Source of the DNA: Raillietiella orientalis
Taxonomy: Eukaryota
Direction: 5' to 3'
DNA length: 64,000 nt
Assembly (NCBI GenBank): GCA_036172245.1
Contig: JAYWIR010000027.1
Coordinates: 558,001-622,000 of the forward strand
Numbering within the stretch: position 1 is the first letter of the stretch; each line of letters starts with the position of its first letter. Shown one piece after another: positions 26,730-40,178 of this stretch. The notes under the pieces are model-generated. The model did not search any database and was not told where the DNA came from. It saw nothing but the letters and a program-made list of their open reading frames with translations. The position numbers were made by a program, and so were the translations under genes.

Positions 26730-27460
26730 GACCTTTCCGGAAGCTGCATCACCGAGCGTCATGGGTTCGAACACTCCGAACTGAATCGAAATAGTGCGTC
26801 GTGGGTTCGACTTCCTCCTGAGAGATGACGCTGGCTAGCCTACATTCATCCGGGTGCGGCACTGGTAGAGTTTGAAACAGGATGCCCCCGATGAGGGCCG
26901 GAACAAATGGGAGTCGACTTCTGGGTCCTCCCAGGAATCACGGAGTGGGATCTCCCCTCCGGTTGTAAAGGAGAGGACCCCCCATTCCGGAGGGACCTTT
27001 CCGCGTCGGACTGATGGAGTAGATGTGTCGCCACCACCTCTCCAGAGTGCAGAGAAGCGAGCCGATCCCTTCGGCGAAGCTGCGTCCTTCTGAATTTCGG
27101 AAGTGTCCCTTCTGGGTTCTCTTCAGAGGACTTAAAACAGGAGCGGATCCCTTGCACAGGAGATCCCTCCGGAGAAGAAATTCCAGGAGCGGATCCTTTC
27201 CGGGTTCCCTTCAGAGAAGAAAAAATGGAGCAGACCCCGGGGATCCCCCGGAGAGAATAAGGAAGGAGGTTTCCCTTCGGAGACAACCAGGGTGGAGGTG
27301 ATCTTCATTTCCGGGGATCCCTCCCTCCCCAGGCGTGAGAGAAACGGACTCCGATTCCTTCCTGGATTCATAAGGTGGACTCCTCCTGGAGTACCTCCTA
27401 TCTTGAAGAATTACCTACCCTCGGGTGATGTGGAACCGTGTCGAAGAGCTGCGAAGACAG
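26730..27460 (+). mobile_element. SINE-like family copy 3 (near full length)
   Basis: Head GTCATGGGTTCGAAC, second box GCGTCGTGGGTTCGAC, internal CCCTYCGGAGA subrepeats and tail CTTGAAG...TACCCTCGGGTGATGTGG. Confidence 0.75.
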
Positions 27461-29786
27461 AAAAGAAAGGATTTCCATTATCCAGTGGAGTAGAAGACCA
27501 GAGGGAACAGGGAATAGTGGTTGTAAGACACAGAAGGCCGAGCCACTTCCTCACTTCAGGGGAATGTGCACAGACTCGTTCATGCTGCACGGCTCAGTGT
27601 TCCTCCTATCATGATCGCAGTTGTACTAATTCAGCCTCTGCGCCAATCTCTCAATATGTAGTGGACCTAAGGAATGCAGGATGCTCCCAATGAAGGAGAC
27701 GCGCAGAAGATCAACGCCCAGGAAGAACTGGCTCCAGCCGATGAGGATGGAGGATTCTGACAAAGCTGGTCCGCTTACGTTCTTGGAATTTCCAGCTTTT
27801 GCAGGGCACCGCTGTTCTTGGTATGGTAATGAGCTGAACGCAATCACGCGAACGGACGCTCAAGTAATCGGGAGAGAAACAGAAGGCGACAAGTTTCAGA
27901 ATTTTCACCCTTTTTGGTCGAGCACCATTTTGATTCATTTTCCTTGTGTTTCAAAGGCACCAAACATCCAGCGCGCATGCAACTCTGTGAATTGACTTCC
28001 TTTCCTCAAGATGAGATATGGTCCGAACGACAACACTTTAGGAATCCTCTTGCTGCCGGCCAGGGGCAGCACTCACATCATGAGAATTGTATCTACGTCT
28101 CACTTCAAGGGAACCTCTTCAGAATCCTGGAAACTGCGACATCTCCTGGTAATAATCATTTCAGCTCTTTCCGCAATGTTTACTTTTCTTTCTAAGGTAA
28201 TCATTGCATGAAAGAGTAGTAATGACTTCAAAAAGAAACGAACTAGTTGTTGGATGAAGATCGAATTGGGTTTTTTTTGGTTTTTTTCATTGGTTTTTTT
28301 TAGATGAACCTACTGACTTTTCGTTTGTGGTTGGACGGTATACCTAACAGTTGTTTATGGAGATCACACATCTTCACATGATCATTGATTTCGGGGCTTA
28401 TGTGATTCTTTACGTATTCACTTATCCATAATCAAAAAGACGAATGAATTGTGGTTCGGGGACTTGATATAGTACATTGTTTTCTACGCATTTACAAATG
28501 AATAATTCATTATGGAAAAGTTTTAAGATCCACTAAACTTTCTAAAGAAGAATTTAATGAAAAATGAAACTAATAAGAAATAAATTTTAATCGCTCTTAA
28601 CCTTCAGGACTTCCATATATATATATTTTTTAATTGCCCTGCAAATTTTTTAGTCCATTTACTATGATTGCTTTTCGAGTACCATAAAATAACATTTTTT
28701 ATAATAGTTCAATATATTTTTATGTAAATGAAATATATTGAACTATAAGCACTCTGTTATGCTTTTGAAGAAGACAGTTTTTTATGTATTCGATTAAAAC
28801 GTATCTGTGTGACTACGTTGTTCATTGGCACGTTTACTACATTAAGAGCTGGGAATTTTTCATTCCAGTCTGTTTTCCACTCATGGGTTTCAGTTGAACA
28901 CCACTGCTCTTTCAAAGATGATAAAGAACCTACAAGCGTAATCTCATAATGACTGGACATACTTTAATGCATACCGATTTCAATTTTCTTTCCAAAATCT
29001 TACAGTTACACAATCATACACTCGCAAACCTAACAGCAAAATCTTACACTTCCTTGAGATTACGAACTGCCAAAATTTCTCGATTAATCCGTAAGTTGAT
29101 ATTTGTAGGGTAATACTGACTGGAGGATGGGAATTTTCAGGGTTTCATGCTGTCACGTGTTTTGATTTGCTTCTCTCGTTTTTAATGAGATTTCTTGACT
29201 TTGTCTCGTAAATCGTTTGTCGTCGATGTTTGCCGGCGTTCCTTTGTGAAGTTTGAATAAGCCAGAAAGCTCCAAATTTTTTTCAAGATTGTTCCCGTTT
29301 AGCACTTCGATACATTAGATTAGTAGCATAATGCCTCGAAAACTTTGTAAAATTTTGACATCCCCTTGGACTCTGCGAGTTGTAAGTTTCTCGACCATGA
29401 ACAATTGTACTTCATCCCTGTGCAGTGCTTGGCAGTCCGTTTATTCCTCTTACAAGAGAGAAAATCTTTATTAATAAATTGATGTGCCCATATGTTATGA
29501 TGCTGAGTTGCTCCAAATCCGCTTCTGCTCAAAACCTGAATTGTGTGCTTTTGCACACACGTGTAACCACATCTATACAGCAGTGAACCTTTAAATTTCA
29601 AATCAGCAAGTAATGTAGGATGAATGAAGTCTTCCAGCAGTTTAAAAAAATTTCCTAGAAATTGCAAGTTATTGCACCATACATGTTGCAATTTAGCTTA
29701 CATTGCAATGTTATTTTTTAGAAATTCGAAATTATATACAAATGATTTGATGTATCAGTGAGTGTTTTTTCCCCGATTCCTTGCAA

Positions 29787-31627
29787 ATGGAATTCAGCAC
29801 TGATGTTTTATTGATAAAGCATCTTCCAGATAATTTACAAACAAACGATATTGTCGATCTCCTAAAATATTTTGGAGCCCAACAAGTGTTCTGTTATCCC
29901 TTTAATGTATCTCAACGAAGAAATTGTGCCTTGGCAAGGTATGCCCACCTTGTCTTATCTTAAAGTTATGATTTATTCTGAGAAAATAAAACAATTGTTA
30001 ATAAAAATAGCTACAAAAACAGGTTTACAGATATTACAAATGTTGACTGCAATGCAGATATTTGGGACTTTCATTTCATCAGATCCTTAATTTTTATAGA
30101 TTTCACAATGAGGACAGTGCTAGATTAGCACTGATTCGACTCCATCAACAACAAGTTCTTCATAAACGACTCATAGCTGTCTTTGCTACAAGTGATGAAG
30201 TAGCTAAATACCTTCATGTTTCAGATCATTTCAAGCCTATGTGAGTTCATTGATATAAAAACTGAAATTATGTTCTCTGTTTTTAGAGAGCAGGTGACTA
30301 CAGATAAAAAAATCCCTGAAAAAGTCAAGCAAAGATGGAAAGATTTCCAGCGCTCTTTAATAGGTTTGGCTCCTCACTTGGATATCGATTTTTGTATTTC
30401 TCCTGTATTGAAGTACATGTATCCAATGCCTACATGCAAAACCTTGGAGAATATCTGCCGTGCCCTGGTGGCTGTGCCCAAATTTTACACACAAGTTTGT
30501 GAGCCATTGTCGCAATGCTTATTAAATAATAAAAATTTCAAAGGTACTTCATTTGATGAACAAAATGTGCCTTCCTTGTCCATTTGGGGATGAGAGCAAC
30601 CTTCCTTCTCTTCCTCAAGAGTATACTTTTGAAATGGTAAAGTTGGAAGTTACTTCTTTCATTGAATTGGATTGGAACTAGGTACTTGGAAAACAACAAC
30701 CACTAGAAACTGAGTTATTGGAGCCAACAGAAATGGAAGTGGAAGATGAAGAAGAAGAGAAAGAAGATGCAGAAGAGTCTGAACTGGAAAGTGATCAAGA
30801 ACTGTCTCAAGCAGTGAAAACATCACCAGTTAGGAAAATCAGGAATGCAGTTAAAAGAAGACATGAGAAATTGAAACCTATAGTCTCAAATGCTGCCCCT
30901 CCCCAGAATAAAAAGAAAAAGAAACTGAGCCTTGCACCTGCAGATATCTTTGAAATAGTTGAGCCAACAGTCTCCAAACCTCTACGTGTACAGTTGAATC
31001 CTGAACTTCCTGTGCCATCTGGTGATCTGGTGACATCTGTGAGTGGTGAAAAGTCAGGATTTGGAATCCTTTTGCCTCCTCCTAAAGAAATTCAAAATGA
31101 ATACAAACAAAGCCCTGAAGGAAATAAAACACAAGTGGAGCTTCCATTTATAACAGATAAAGAGTTGAAGGAGAATCAATTGTCATTGGAAAGTGAGTTT
31201 CACTTCTGATTCATCCCATCTATTTTCCAATCTTAGATATGTCATTGTTTCCTGTCTTCCGTAATTATGAACCTGGTATACCTTCCAATCGTTTGTATGT
31301 TAAGAACATTGCTAAGACTGTTACAGAAGCTGATTTGAGGCGCCTGTTTGGACGTTATGTATGTTGGGAATCATCTGATGAGTGTAACATGTTAGGAACA
31401 CTCATTCAGCGCATTTACTTAATGAAAGTGCTCATAGGTTTGATTTGCGGTTAATGACAGAAGGTCGAATGAAAGGGCAAGCCTTTATCAGCATGCCAAG
31501 TGAGCAACATGCAGAGCAGGCACTGAAAGACATCAATGGTTTTATGTTGAATGGGAAACCTCTTGTTGTACAATTTGCTCGCTCAGCAAAACCCAAAGAA
31601 ATCAAACAAATACCGGAAAAGGAGTGA
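29787..31627 (+). CDS. RNPC3: RNA-binding region-containing protein 3 (U11/U12 snRNP 65K protein), 482 aa
   Basis: Exons 29787-29938, 30100-30240, 30287-30494, 30544-30636, 30682-31192, 31237-31390 and 31438-31627 join in frame (1449 nt) with all GT-AG introns. Diagnostic motifs: LLIKHLP..LLKYFGA; LKYMYP..NI..AL..VPKFYTQVLHLMNKM.LP.PFG; VFRNYEPG.PS.RLYVKN; FDLRLM.EGRMKGQAF...GKPLVVQFARS. Confidence 0.95.
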
Positions 31628-32299
31628 AGAGAAATAGGTGAGAATATTCACATGTTTATTATATTTGAAACTTTTCAGAAAGTGTGAATTGAATTACTCC
31701 TGTGTCTAACTTTGAGCACTGGAACAGTAAAGTGTGAAGAGTACATTTTGAAGAAAGACAAGTTTGTTTTCCTTTGGTTGTGTTCTTTCTGATCCGGAAG
31801 AACTTCTTTCCCGTGTGTTTCAGAGATGAAATGTTAGTCTTTCTAAAATGGATTTCTCCTGAAGAATACCAACTTAGGCATCGTTTATAAATTGTGCTCA
31901 TATGACATTTTGTGCAAACAATGAGGCAAGTTAGTAAAAATGAATTGTAGCCTTATTCAAAGAATATGTTCTTATTCTTGGTTATTGGTTTTTGTATTCT
32001 ATCGTGTACATTTAGCGTATCGCATTGCTTAAGCGTTTATTTCCGACTTACTGCACAAAACAAAGCTTATTTCAGCAAAGCTTTGTAACTGCCTTCCATG
32101 CTCATCGGAAGCTGTGTGCATGGGTAGGATAATAAGGATTTGAACTGGACGGGGGCTTCAAGTTTGTTGTGGAAGTGTTTTCGCAGACGCATTTTAAATA
32201 CTGCATACATAGAATAACTTGGAAATCTGACAGTCACATCCGCTCAATTTTGCAATGAAGTCGTACACTGTTATTGTTGGTGTAATCGAACCAAAATTG

Positions 32300-35200
32300 T
32301 GGGGAAAATCATCAGCCGGTTCACCATGTGGAAGAAAAAAAGATGCAAATCTGTGTCACAGAGAAATTCTTTCACAGAGAATGAATATTCATGAGTTGCA
32401 GTGCAGTTCACCGAGGTGGAAAGTGCATATCTATTGCCAGCAGCTTTGGGGGCATTGTGTTTCCACCATGTTATAAAGAATAAAATAATGCAGAGGTGCG
32501 TAAGTGGCGAGGAAGAAAGAGGAGCAGAGTTTGAAGTTCGAAAAGCAAACTGGAAGGGGAAAAAAAAATTCGGCGGCGTAGTTTGTGTGACAACGTTGAA
32601 CATATGGCGAGAGTGCTTGTCCACGTAAGGTTTTAATTAAAACGATTTCCTTACCATCAGCCTTCACGGAACCTGCTGTATAAGGGTTTAGGAATGATGA
32701 CTGTTTACATGCAATCTGTTAATTGCATGACAAGGAGATTACGTGCAGACGAAGAGGCAATCGACCAAGAGGCTTAACAAATACTCAGCACGAAGAAATC
32801 TGGGGGGGGAGGGGGCTTACCGAGGGATTTTGACGAGATTCCATCGATAGCCGTTGGTCTCTTATGCAAGGATGCTGTTAGTACCAACAGCTAGCAAGTG
32901 TTCCGTGATTAAGTTTTTGAGCAGCAACCGTACCTGCATATAAAAATGTGCTAAGGGTGGATTATGAGTGGTTTGGAATTTCCGCTTCTGAGCAGGGAAC
33001 AGCTCTAATAAGGGTTTGTGGATACCGGAAGTTGCATGGATTTAGAGAAATCGAAATCTTCGTAGCATGGTAGCAGATCGGCTTCACATCATTACCATGT
33101 TACGTTCTTGAGATTATTAGCATAGTCTGCCATCTCTGTTTGTGCGTTTGTTTTATTAGACAGGTTTTCAACTGCACCGAGGTGAGTAGCAATTATTGGA
33201 TTGTGTTTCGTGTCGAAAGTTTTCTCGAAACATTTTTGGTGTTGGTAATTTCGTGTCACTGGGTGTACGGATTCGATATCGTGTGTGTGTGTGTGTTTTT
33301 CCTTCAGAAAATCAGTCGAGCCAAAGGCGCATGAGGTATCGAGGAGGAGGCCTCCGGGATGCCCCAAACAGGGAAAATTTTACTGAACAGTTATATGTTT
33401 TGCAAGGAGTTGCCGTTAGAAGCACAAGTTTGGGGACCACTTGATCCGGTGAATCCCGAGACACTTCCTGAGGATGGTTATTTTCGAGTAAGATAATCTC
33501 CTTCAGATGAAGTTTAAGAAGCGGTTTTTGAAAGACTTTTTGGATGATCAAGAAGGCCTTCCTCGAGCTGCGGTAACGAACTGGAGTGAACGCTAAATGG
33601 CACGATATGCGATCCTCAAGTTTTTAATAGCCGTCCAAAGCTCTTGGTTTAGAGTTACATCGTGGAATGCTTCTTTCGATTGGAAGAAAACTATTGCCTC
33701 CATGAGATGCAAAGGGTTTCTCTGTTTACATTAGGCGAGTAGGAACAGACCGAGCGTTCGTGAGAAGAAGAAAAACCGAAAAGGAAACTCCATCCGGTTT
33801 ATTCCGATTATTGAATGCAACCGCCGCTGCTGTAGTGGTAACCCTGATTTCTCTGCTTCATTGATACGATGAAGCAGACTCCAGTCCTTTCGAGGTAATA
33901 AGGATGGATCGCACCGACTGCTGCAATCAGTCATCCTAGTACTCCGTTGTTTTTTAAACAATTGCAGAGTTTTAAATCTCTTTCGAAAAATTTTCAAAGA
34001 TATAAAATCTCCAGCTAAAACTGGCATATGAGAAAGCTGTGCTGCGGCCCGTCTCCGAAAAAAGAGACACAAGAACGTCGACTTCCCTTTTGAATTCTGT
34101 TTTTATCATTTGGTATGGGAGTATCATGTGGTGTCACTTCTATCAATTGATTCGGTAAGCTGCCAACATCAGCGGTTGTTTCTCAAAGATTGGGAGCTGT
34201 CACGCATAGGTCAGCTCTCAGTGATTTCACCGCCATTATAAATACCTTTTTTGTTGTGCTGGTCATCAATTGCTCATGAAGCACTCGTGGTAAAAATTGC
34301 GTCAATAAAATTCATGCTATGATCTTGCAAAAATCGTCGTTCCAAGAATCTTTGGGAAAACCTGCCGCTTTGCTTCCTTCAAGCAGAGTAAAAGGCTCTG
34401 CTTATGCGGGATGCCAACGGCATTCATCAAAAGAGTACTGCAATCTAGAAGGTGTCTGTTCGGGCAAATGGCAACCTAAAAACAAGGATAAGTAGGTCTC
34501 ATATCAAGATAGGGACACGCCATTCCAGAACTGCATGCAACACTGAAACATAGCTTGCAGAAATAGGATTTCTCTAACATTTTCAAAAGAGTGATTTAAA
34601 GAATAGAAAAGAAGCATAGAAATTTTGCTACAATAGATGGACTCGGTAAAAGTTGTTTCTTTGCACCTTCTTCAATATTCTGACATGGGCTTTAGCGTTC
34701 TGAAGCCATTCTTGCCCAGCTGTTCATTCCACTTATAATTTCGATAATCACACCGTTACCCTTACAAGGTGGTGATGTGATATCAAAATCAGTGAATCAG
34801 CTTCAATTTTTTAGTTTGAGAGAAATCATTGGTACTGTGAAAACAGAAAAATGATTATCCTGAAAGCTGAGAGAACTGAAAAGGATTCTTAAGAATGGAT
34901 TTGGAACAGCACAACTTATGCCTCCATGCTTCATGAATTTCCAGTGAAAGGTCTATATATGATGCAAAGAGTTCTCGGGATAAACTGGAGAATCCATAAT
35001 GACAGTGGGAAAAGATGGTGGTGGCTCGCCTGAATTTATACCGTGGAAGGTATTTCGCTGCTCACAAGGAACAGCAATGTGATATTAAAGGTCCCACTTC
35101 ACTACCCCAATCCAAAAAACCTCCGTTCCCACCCTCACCATGTTTGTCCCCAGCTTCCCTCGGTCCTTGTTCGCTGCTTAGAATTCATCTTACTGTACAA

Positions 35201-36170
35201 GTGACACCTTTCATCCCTTGAAAAGTAAGCGCTGAGCAACGTACTTCGTCCCGAGTAGCCATCACACGTATTATGACGATCACCACCGGGGAGCACCTCT
35301 TTCGATCTGTCCAATCTCCAAACCCCGCGGCGTGGTGAACCGTTCCACGCCTTTTTGAAGATCCACTTTAACGGATCGTGAATTCGCGTGGAGAAAGTGG
35401 TCGACGACCGAGGATGTGTGTTTCGAGCACCGTCGAGAACTGTTGTCTTAGGGAAGGCTTCAGGAAAGAAAAAGTTGTCCGTGCATTGCCCAGATGAAAA
35501 GGAAAAAGAAGGGGGGGGGGGGGAAAAGTGCCCAGATTAGAAAGTGAGCGGTATTGATTGGTATCCTCCAAAGCAATGTGGACGGTGGGGTATCTCCTGA
35601 AGGCACAAGTGAGGGATTTCCGGTTTGGAAACGAGCTCCGGGAAGCAGCTCGGGAACCTCGGGGAGGGTTCGTAGGTGATGTTTGCTCTTGTGCGAGAGA
35701 TAAGTAACGATTTGTGTAAACAGGAGGGCTGCTTGCGGAATTAGCGGACGTGCGTGCGGTGCCGGACGGGGGTCCCACTCTCCGCCCGTTACCTCACGTT
35801 AATTTGCTTGCGTGGATGGGCGGATGTGTATGCAAGGAATCATCCCGACAGACCCAACGGCACGCCACCGGATTCGGGGATCTCCGTGCATTCGGGTGGG
35901 TGCACCCCCCCCCGTGTTCGAGTAGGTGTGGGCCGTTCGTTTGGGTTGGTCCGAACTCTCCCGAGTATGGGTACTGCTGCCGAGCTGCTACTGCAGGGGC
36001 ATGGGTTAGCCACCATTAGGTCCCCGCTGAAATGTGTTCCAGGTGTGTGGTTTGAACCTCCTGATAACCACTGGTTTCCAAGGGAACCCCGGTTTTCTCG
36101 TGCAACCCCGTGCGTTGAGGGAATGCAGAAATCGGCGACACATTGGCGAAGCATCCAAAGTGTTGTCGTG
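32300..36170 (-). mobile_element. Ancient degenerate LINE (CR1/L2/Jockey-like) between the genes
   Basis: RT-like remnants in the expected order on the minus strand: SRDSPDQV (~33450), KCFEK (~33230), DFSKS (~33050), IDGISS (~32845), KADG (~32660). GC-rich 5' part. Weak similarity only. Confidence 0.35.
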
Positions 36171-37080
36171 TAGCCTCACTCTTTCGTCGATTATACAGTG
36201 TACTGAAGTGCCATTGGTTTGTATCTATTTGATGTAAAAAAATTACACGTAATATCGCGTCCCTTCGTTTTTTTTGTTTTTTTGCATCAGCTCATTTTAA
36301 AATTGGTTACGTGCCATCGTTTTGTAATTCTTTGTAAGTCTTGTGCAGTGGAAATTTCAATCTTACATGTAATGTTGCCACAGATTTGAGTATGTGAATG
36401 CTAGTTACAAACAATTTCACTCCATAGTGACAACATCCACCCATTTGTCTGTTTCTAGCATTTACTGAAAACCAATGAGATGTGACTTCATGTAAACCAA
36501 CCAAGAATGCAATGGAAGCATGTGAATTGTTAAAGTCATCCATACCAAAATTATTCCTTACCTTGAATTGCCCAAATAGATAACTCATAACTAGAACAAT
36601 GCAATTGTGTAATGATATAAGACTTAGCAAAATACATGGCTCACAAGTATATGACTTTTTTGTTTTGTTGTGTTTACAAGTGGAAAATCAAGTTTGATGT
36701 ACGTAATTATTGCATAAAACCTGTAAAATTTTCAGAGTATACATTCAAAATGTAGTTTAAAAATTATAAGTAGAAGCACTAACCTGTTTTGAGGGAGTCT
36801 GATATTTGTTTAGCTCCATGTAAGTTTAGAATTTTCTGTGTCCATATATCTGTCAAAGATAATTTCAAATCTTGCATGATCAACACAAGTTGTTTATAAG
36901 ACATGAATGCGTGAAATTAAGATGTTGTGCAGTGACACCATTAGGATCCAGAGTTGGCACACTTATGCAGGTAGTGTATCATGTTTACTGAAGGAGTATT
37001 ATACATAAGGCAGTGGTACTTTATAGAAAATGGATGATGTCATCTTATTGTGATCTTTGCCAACCTAAGTAGTCTCAAAT

Positions 37081-40000
37081 ATGAGATCAGTGTCAGGAGT
37101 TATGCTATCTCAGGAAGTTATGGATCAGATTAATAACATTCCCAAGAATCCTCTCCTGTGCATTTTATGTTCTTCTGTGTATAAGGATCCTGTACTGCTC
37201 TCTTGTTATCACACGTTTTGTAAAGGATGTCTTAAATATGATGGCAAAGAACTTAAGATTCAGTGTCCTGTGTGTGGGTATGCATAAATCCTACTTGGAT
37301 AGTGAATCACTACAGTCTATCTTTTAAGAAAGCAGACTGCTCTCAAAGATCCCTGCAGTTTACCTTATGATTTATTGCTGCATTTCTTGGTCAGAAATTA
37401 CTGCCAAAGTAAACCATTGTGTGCCAACTGTGATAGTAACCAGCATGCACCACTTCACTTCTGCAGTACCTGTGGTGAGCTCTACTGGGTTATTTACTAG
37501 AAATGTAGGGAATCGATGGCAAGGTTTTCGTATATGCTTTGAAGTATAGGGAATGTTTGTTTTTCATTTTATTTTGTAAAAAAGTGTTTTGAATGCTGAA
37601 ACAAAGGTCTAAACCTTGATTTCACATCTAGCTGTTATAAGCTTTGCCTCTACATGGTTTGTTTTGTTTTGTTTTGTTTTTTTATCTTTGCCTTGAAATT
37701 TTTTTCATGTGAGAATAAAAAAAAACCGGGATTATTTCACGTATGTACTTTTTCAGCCCAGGTACTCTGCACCCAATGCAAGGAAGATACACATCGGGCA
37801 CGCATGTTCTCTGCCCATTCCATTGTGCCATTGTCTCGACGTCCTTGTGAAGCCCATCAAAAGGTATGCATGAAATCTGATTCCTCCCCTAAGAATTTGC
37901 ATTGCTGTTGCTTGTATGCCTTGCATGTCACATTGTTTGATCTGTAAGTGAATGCTTGAACAAGAGAAATATTGTATGTGTGTTATAGTGCCCTGCCCAT
38001 GGGGAGCCTTTCATCATGTTCTCTGTGGTTCGGAGGACCATGTTGTGCATTCATTGTTTTCGAGATGTACCCACAGAAGAACGTGTTCACTGCACTGATC
38101 TGGACACAGCCTATGCAAACAGCTGCCATCAGTTGGAACAGGCAGCAGCAGTATGCATGTTTTTGATGTGTAGAAAATCTCACAAAGCTGCATAGCACCT
38201 GCGGCAGTTACAGGATTCAATCCGAGATCAGCTGCTGCTTGTGGGTGTGTCAGTACAGGAGCTGCAGAATAACTTGGAAATGGAGAAATTATCGATCACT
38301 AACATGGTTCAAAGACTACAACATGTCATGAGCAGATGCTGTGAAGATGCTCTTCTTGAGGCCAAACGCCAATTTCAAAACAGAGACACAGCCCTTTGCA
38401 GCCAGTTGAGCACTTTACAAGCCCACTTGCTCACGTTACAAGCACACCTCGGTTTGTGTGCTGAATTTGCTGGTAGTGCCAACCGGTGTGAATTTCTGGC
38501 ACTTGTACACTCAGTTATGGAGCGCCTGTTAGCTGTAGGCAATTTGGCCAAGACAGCAACAGCTTTGTAAGACTGTTTCTGTTGGCTATAGCAATTTTGG
38601 TTGTGTTCAGAGTACATCCAGACTGTACCATTGCAACAAACTTTCAGTCCCAGCTTTGGAAATGCTTAGAGGCTGCCATGCCAGTTAGGGGGCATAATTT
38701 GGATAGCAGTGCAGAGCATCATTTGGAATTAGGAGATGAAGCTGCTCAGTGTAGTCGAGAAGCCTCACACTGGAGTGGTAGTGGAAGAATGCAAAGAACG
38801 GAAACTTCATTTAGTCAGCAATGTTGTGCTTTTGAAGGATGGCATCAAGTGAGTTGGAAGTCTCCAAAAGGCATGGTAGCTTTCCAGGATCTGGTAGATG
38901 CTCTTGGTCAGATGGCAGGAGAACTCAAAGAACTGCAGAAAGCTAATGGGCGAAATGGCACACTTTCGGGAAGTCATCTTGCTTTGCTGCTGCAGAGATG
39001 CATGCATCTGGAGACTAGTACCCTTGCACAGCAAAAACAATTGGAATCTCTTCGTCTTATGTTGTCTCATCGATGGCAGGAGCGTGTGCAGCAGATCTCA
39101 GCTGAGCAGCAGCTTTATCAATCACAAGTATGCTGCCATGACCTTAGAAATGAATGCTAGGTGGCAACAGATGTACAGGACACAGGCACTTGCAGTGGAC
39201 ATTGAGCAACTTCGACGTGCTTTGGTGGATTTGCATAGACCAATGAAAGGTCTTAAATCGTGGTCCAGTACAGAAATGGGATGTCATGCTTCAGGACTTC
39301 GGGCAACATGGCCTGGACCTAATTCTGCAAACGTTAGGTTAGTGATTTTCACTTGGATGAAAAATCACTTCGCTGTTATGCAGACCAGTACGTCCTTCTA
39401 CCACTGGCAGACCTAAGAGAACATCTCGCACTCAGCGGCTGTTTTCTCAAAGTGAGTGAAACCAGAACAGCCAGATATCCTATGTTTCAGCCGGAGATAA
39501 AAGTGAAGTACAATCTCCAAAAGGAGAGACAGATACTAAGAAGAACTTTCTGGCACAGCTGCTGGGAAAAATGCGTGGCACAGAGGAGAAAAATAGGAGG
39601 AATGCTTCAGAAAGTACTGGGCATCATTCTGCACCAGAACATGACGGTGATGAAACAGTATCAGAGACAGGACCAGCCTCATTGGGATCCATGACACCAG
39701 GCCCTGATTTGGGACACTGTTCTGTATCAGACACAGAATGTGAACTGGAAGGCACTAAATCATCTGGTGAGTTACAAGATGGAAAAATAGTGAAATCTGA
39801 TTACATGAATTGTTAGTTTCCAAACACATGCAGTTAAAAAAGGCCTTGAAGGATGAGTTGACCTCTCATTTCATGCAGAGTTCCCACAGGAACTTTGCAG
39901 ACCATTCCATAACCAAAGCTGCTATGATGCATAAGGGCCACTCTTCTAGACTGGATGGTTCTCATGATGTACCTATCAAAGGAAGTGACCTCAGAATGCT

Positions 40001-40178
40001 GAATGGTAGCACCAAAGATTTCCATGAAAAATGGAATGAAGGGAACAGTGAAGGCATCAAGATGAATCACGTTCAGACCACAGGTGCCATGGAAAAGGCA
40101 GATAGTTTCGAAGGTCATGAAGAAACAGTGAAAAACTTGATTGCAGTTGCACGTGAAAAAAAAAAATATTTAAAATAG
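37081..40178 (+). CDS. RNF207: RING finger protein 207-like (RING, B-box, coiled coil), 777 aa
   Basis: Exons 37081-37277, 37329-37474, 37757-37863, 37989-38150, 38196-38566, 38611-38848, 38888-39127, 39171-39337, 39384-39451, 39491-39766 and 39817-40178 join in frame (2334 nt). Motifs: NPLLC..C...PVLLSCYHTFC; CANC...FCSTC..LC..C..DTHRARMFS.H; HGEPFIMFS..LCIHCFRD; ADSFEGHEE. The C-terminal exon choices are less certain. Confidence 0.88.

Noticed and set aside
27060..27330. CRISPR-like repeat/spacer array
   Set aside because: The repeats are degenerate, the spacers are related to each other, the context is eukaryotic and there are no cas genes.
28757..29691. Divergent minus-strand gene upstream of RNPC3
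   Set aside because: I could not join the short ORFs with plausible introns or recognise a domain.
39474..39481. ATATCCT as a U12 AT-AC donor in RNF207
   Set aside because: It lies inside a well-formed GT-AG intron, lacks the +8 T and has no matching branch/AC acceptor.
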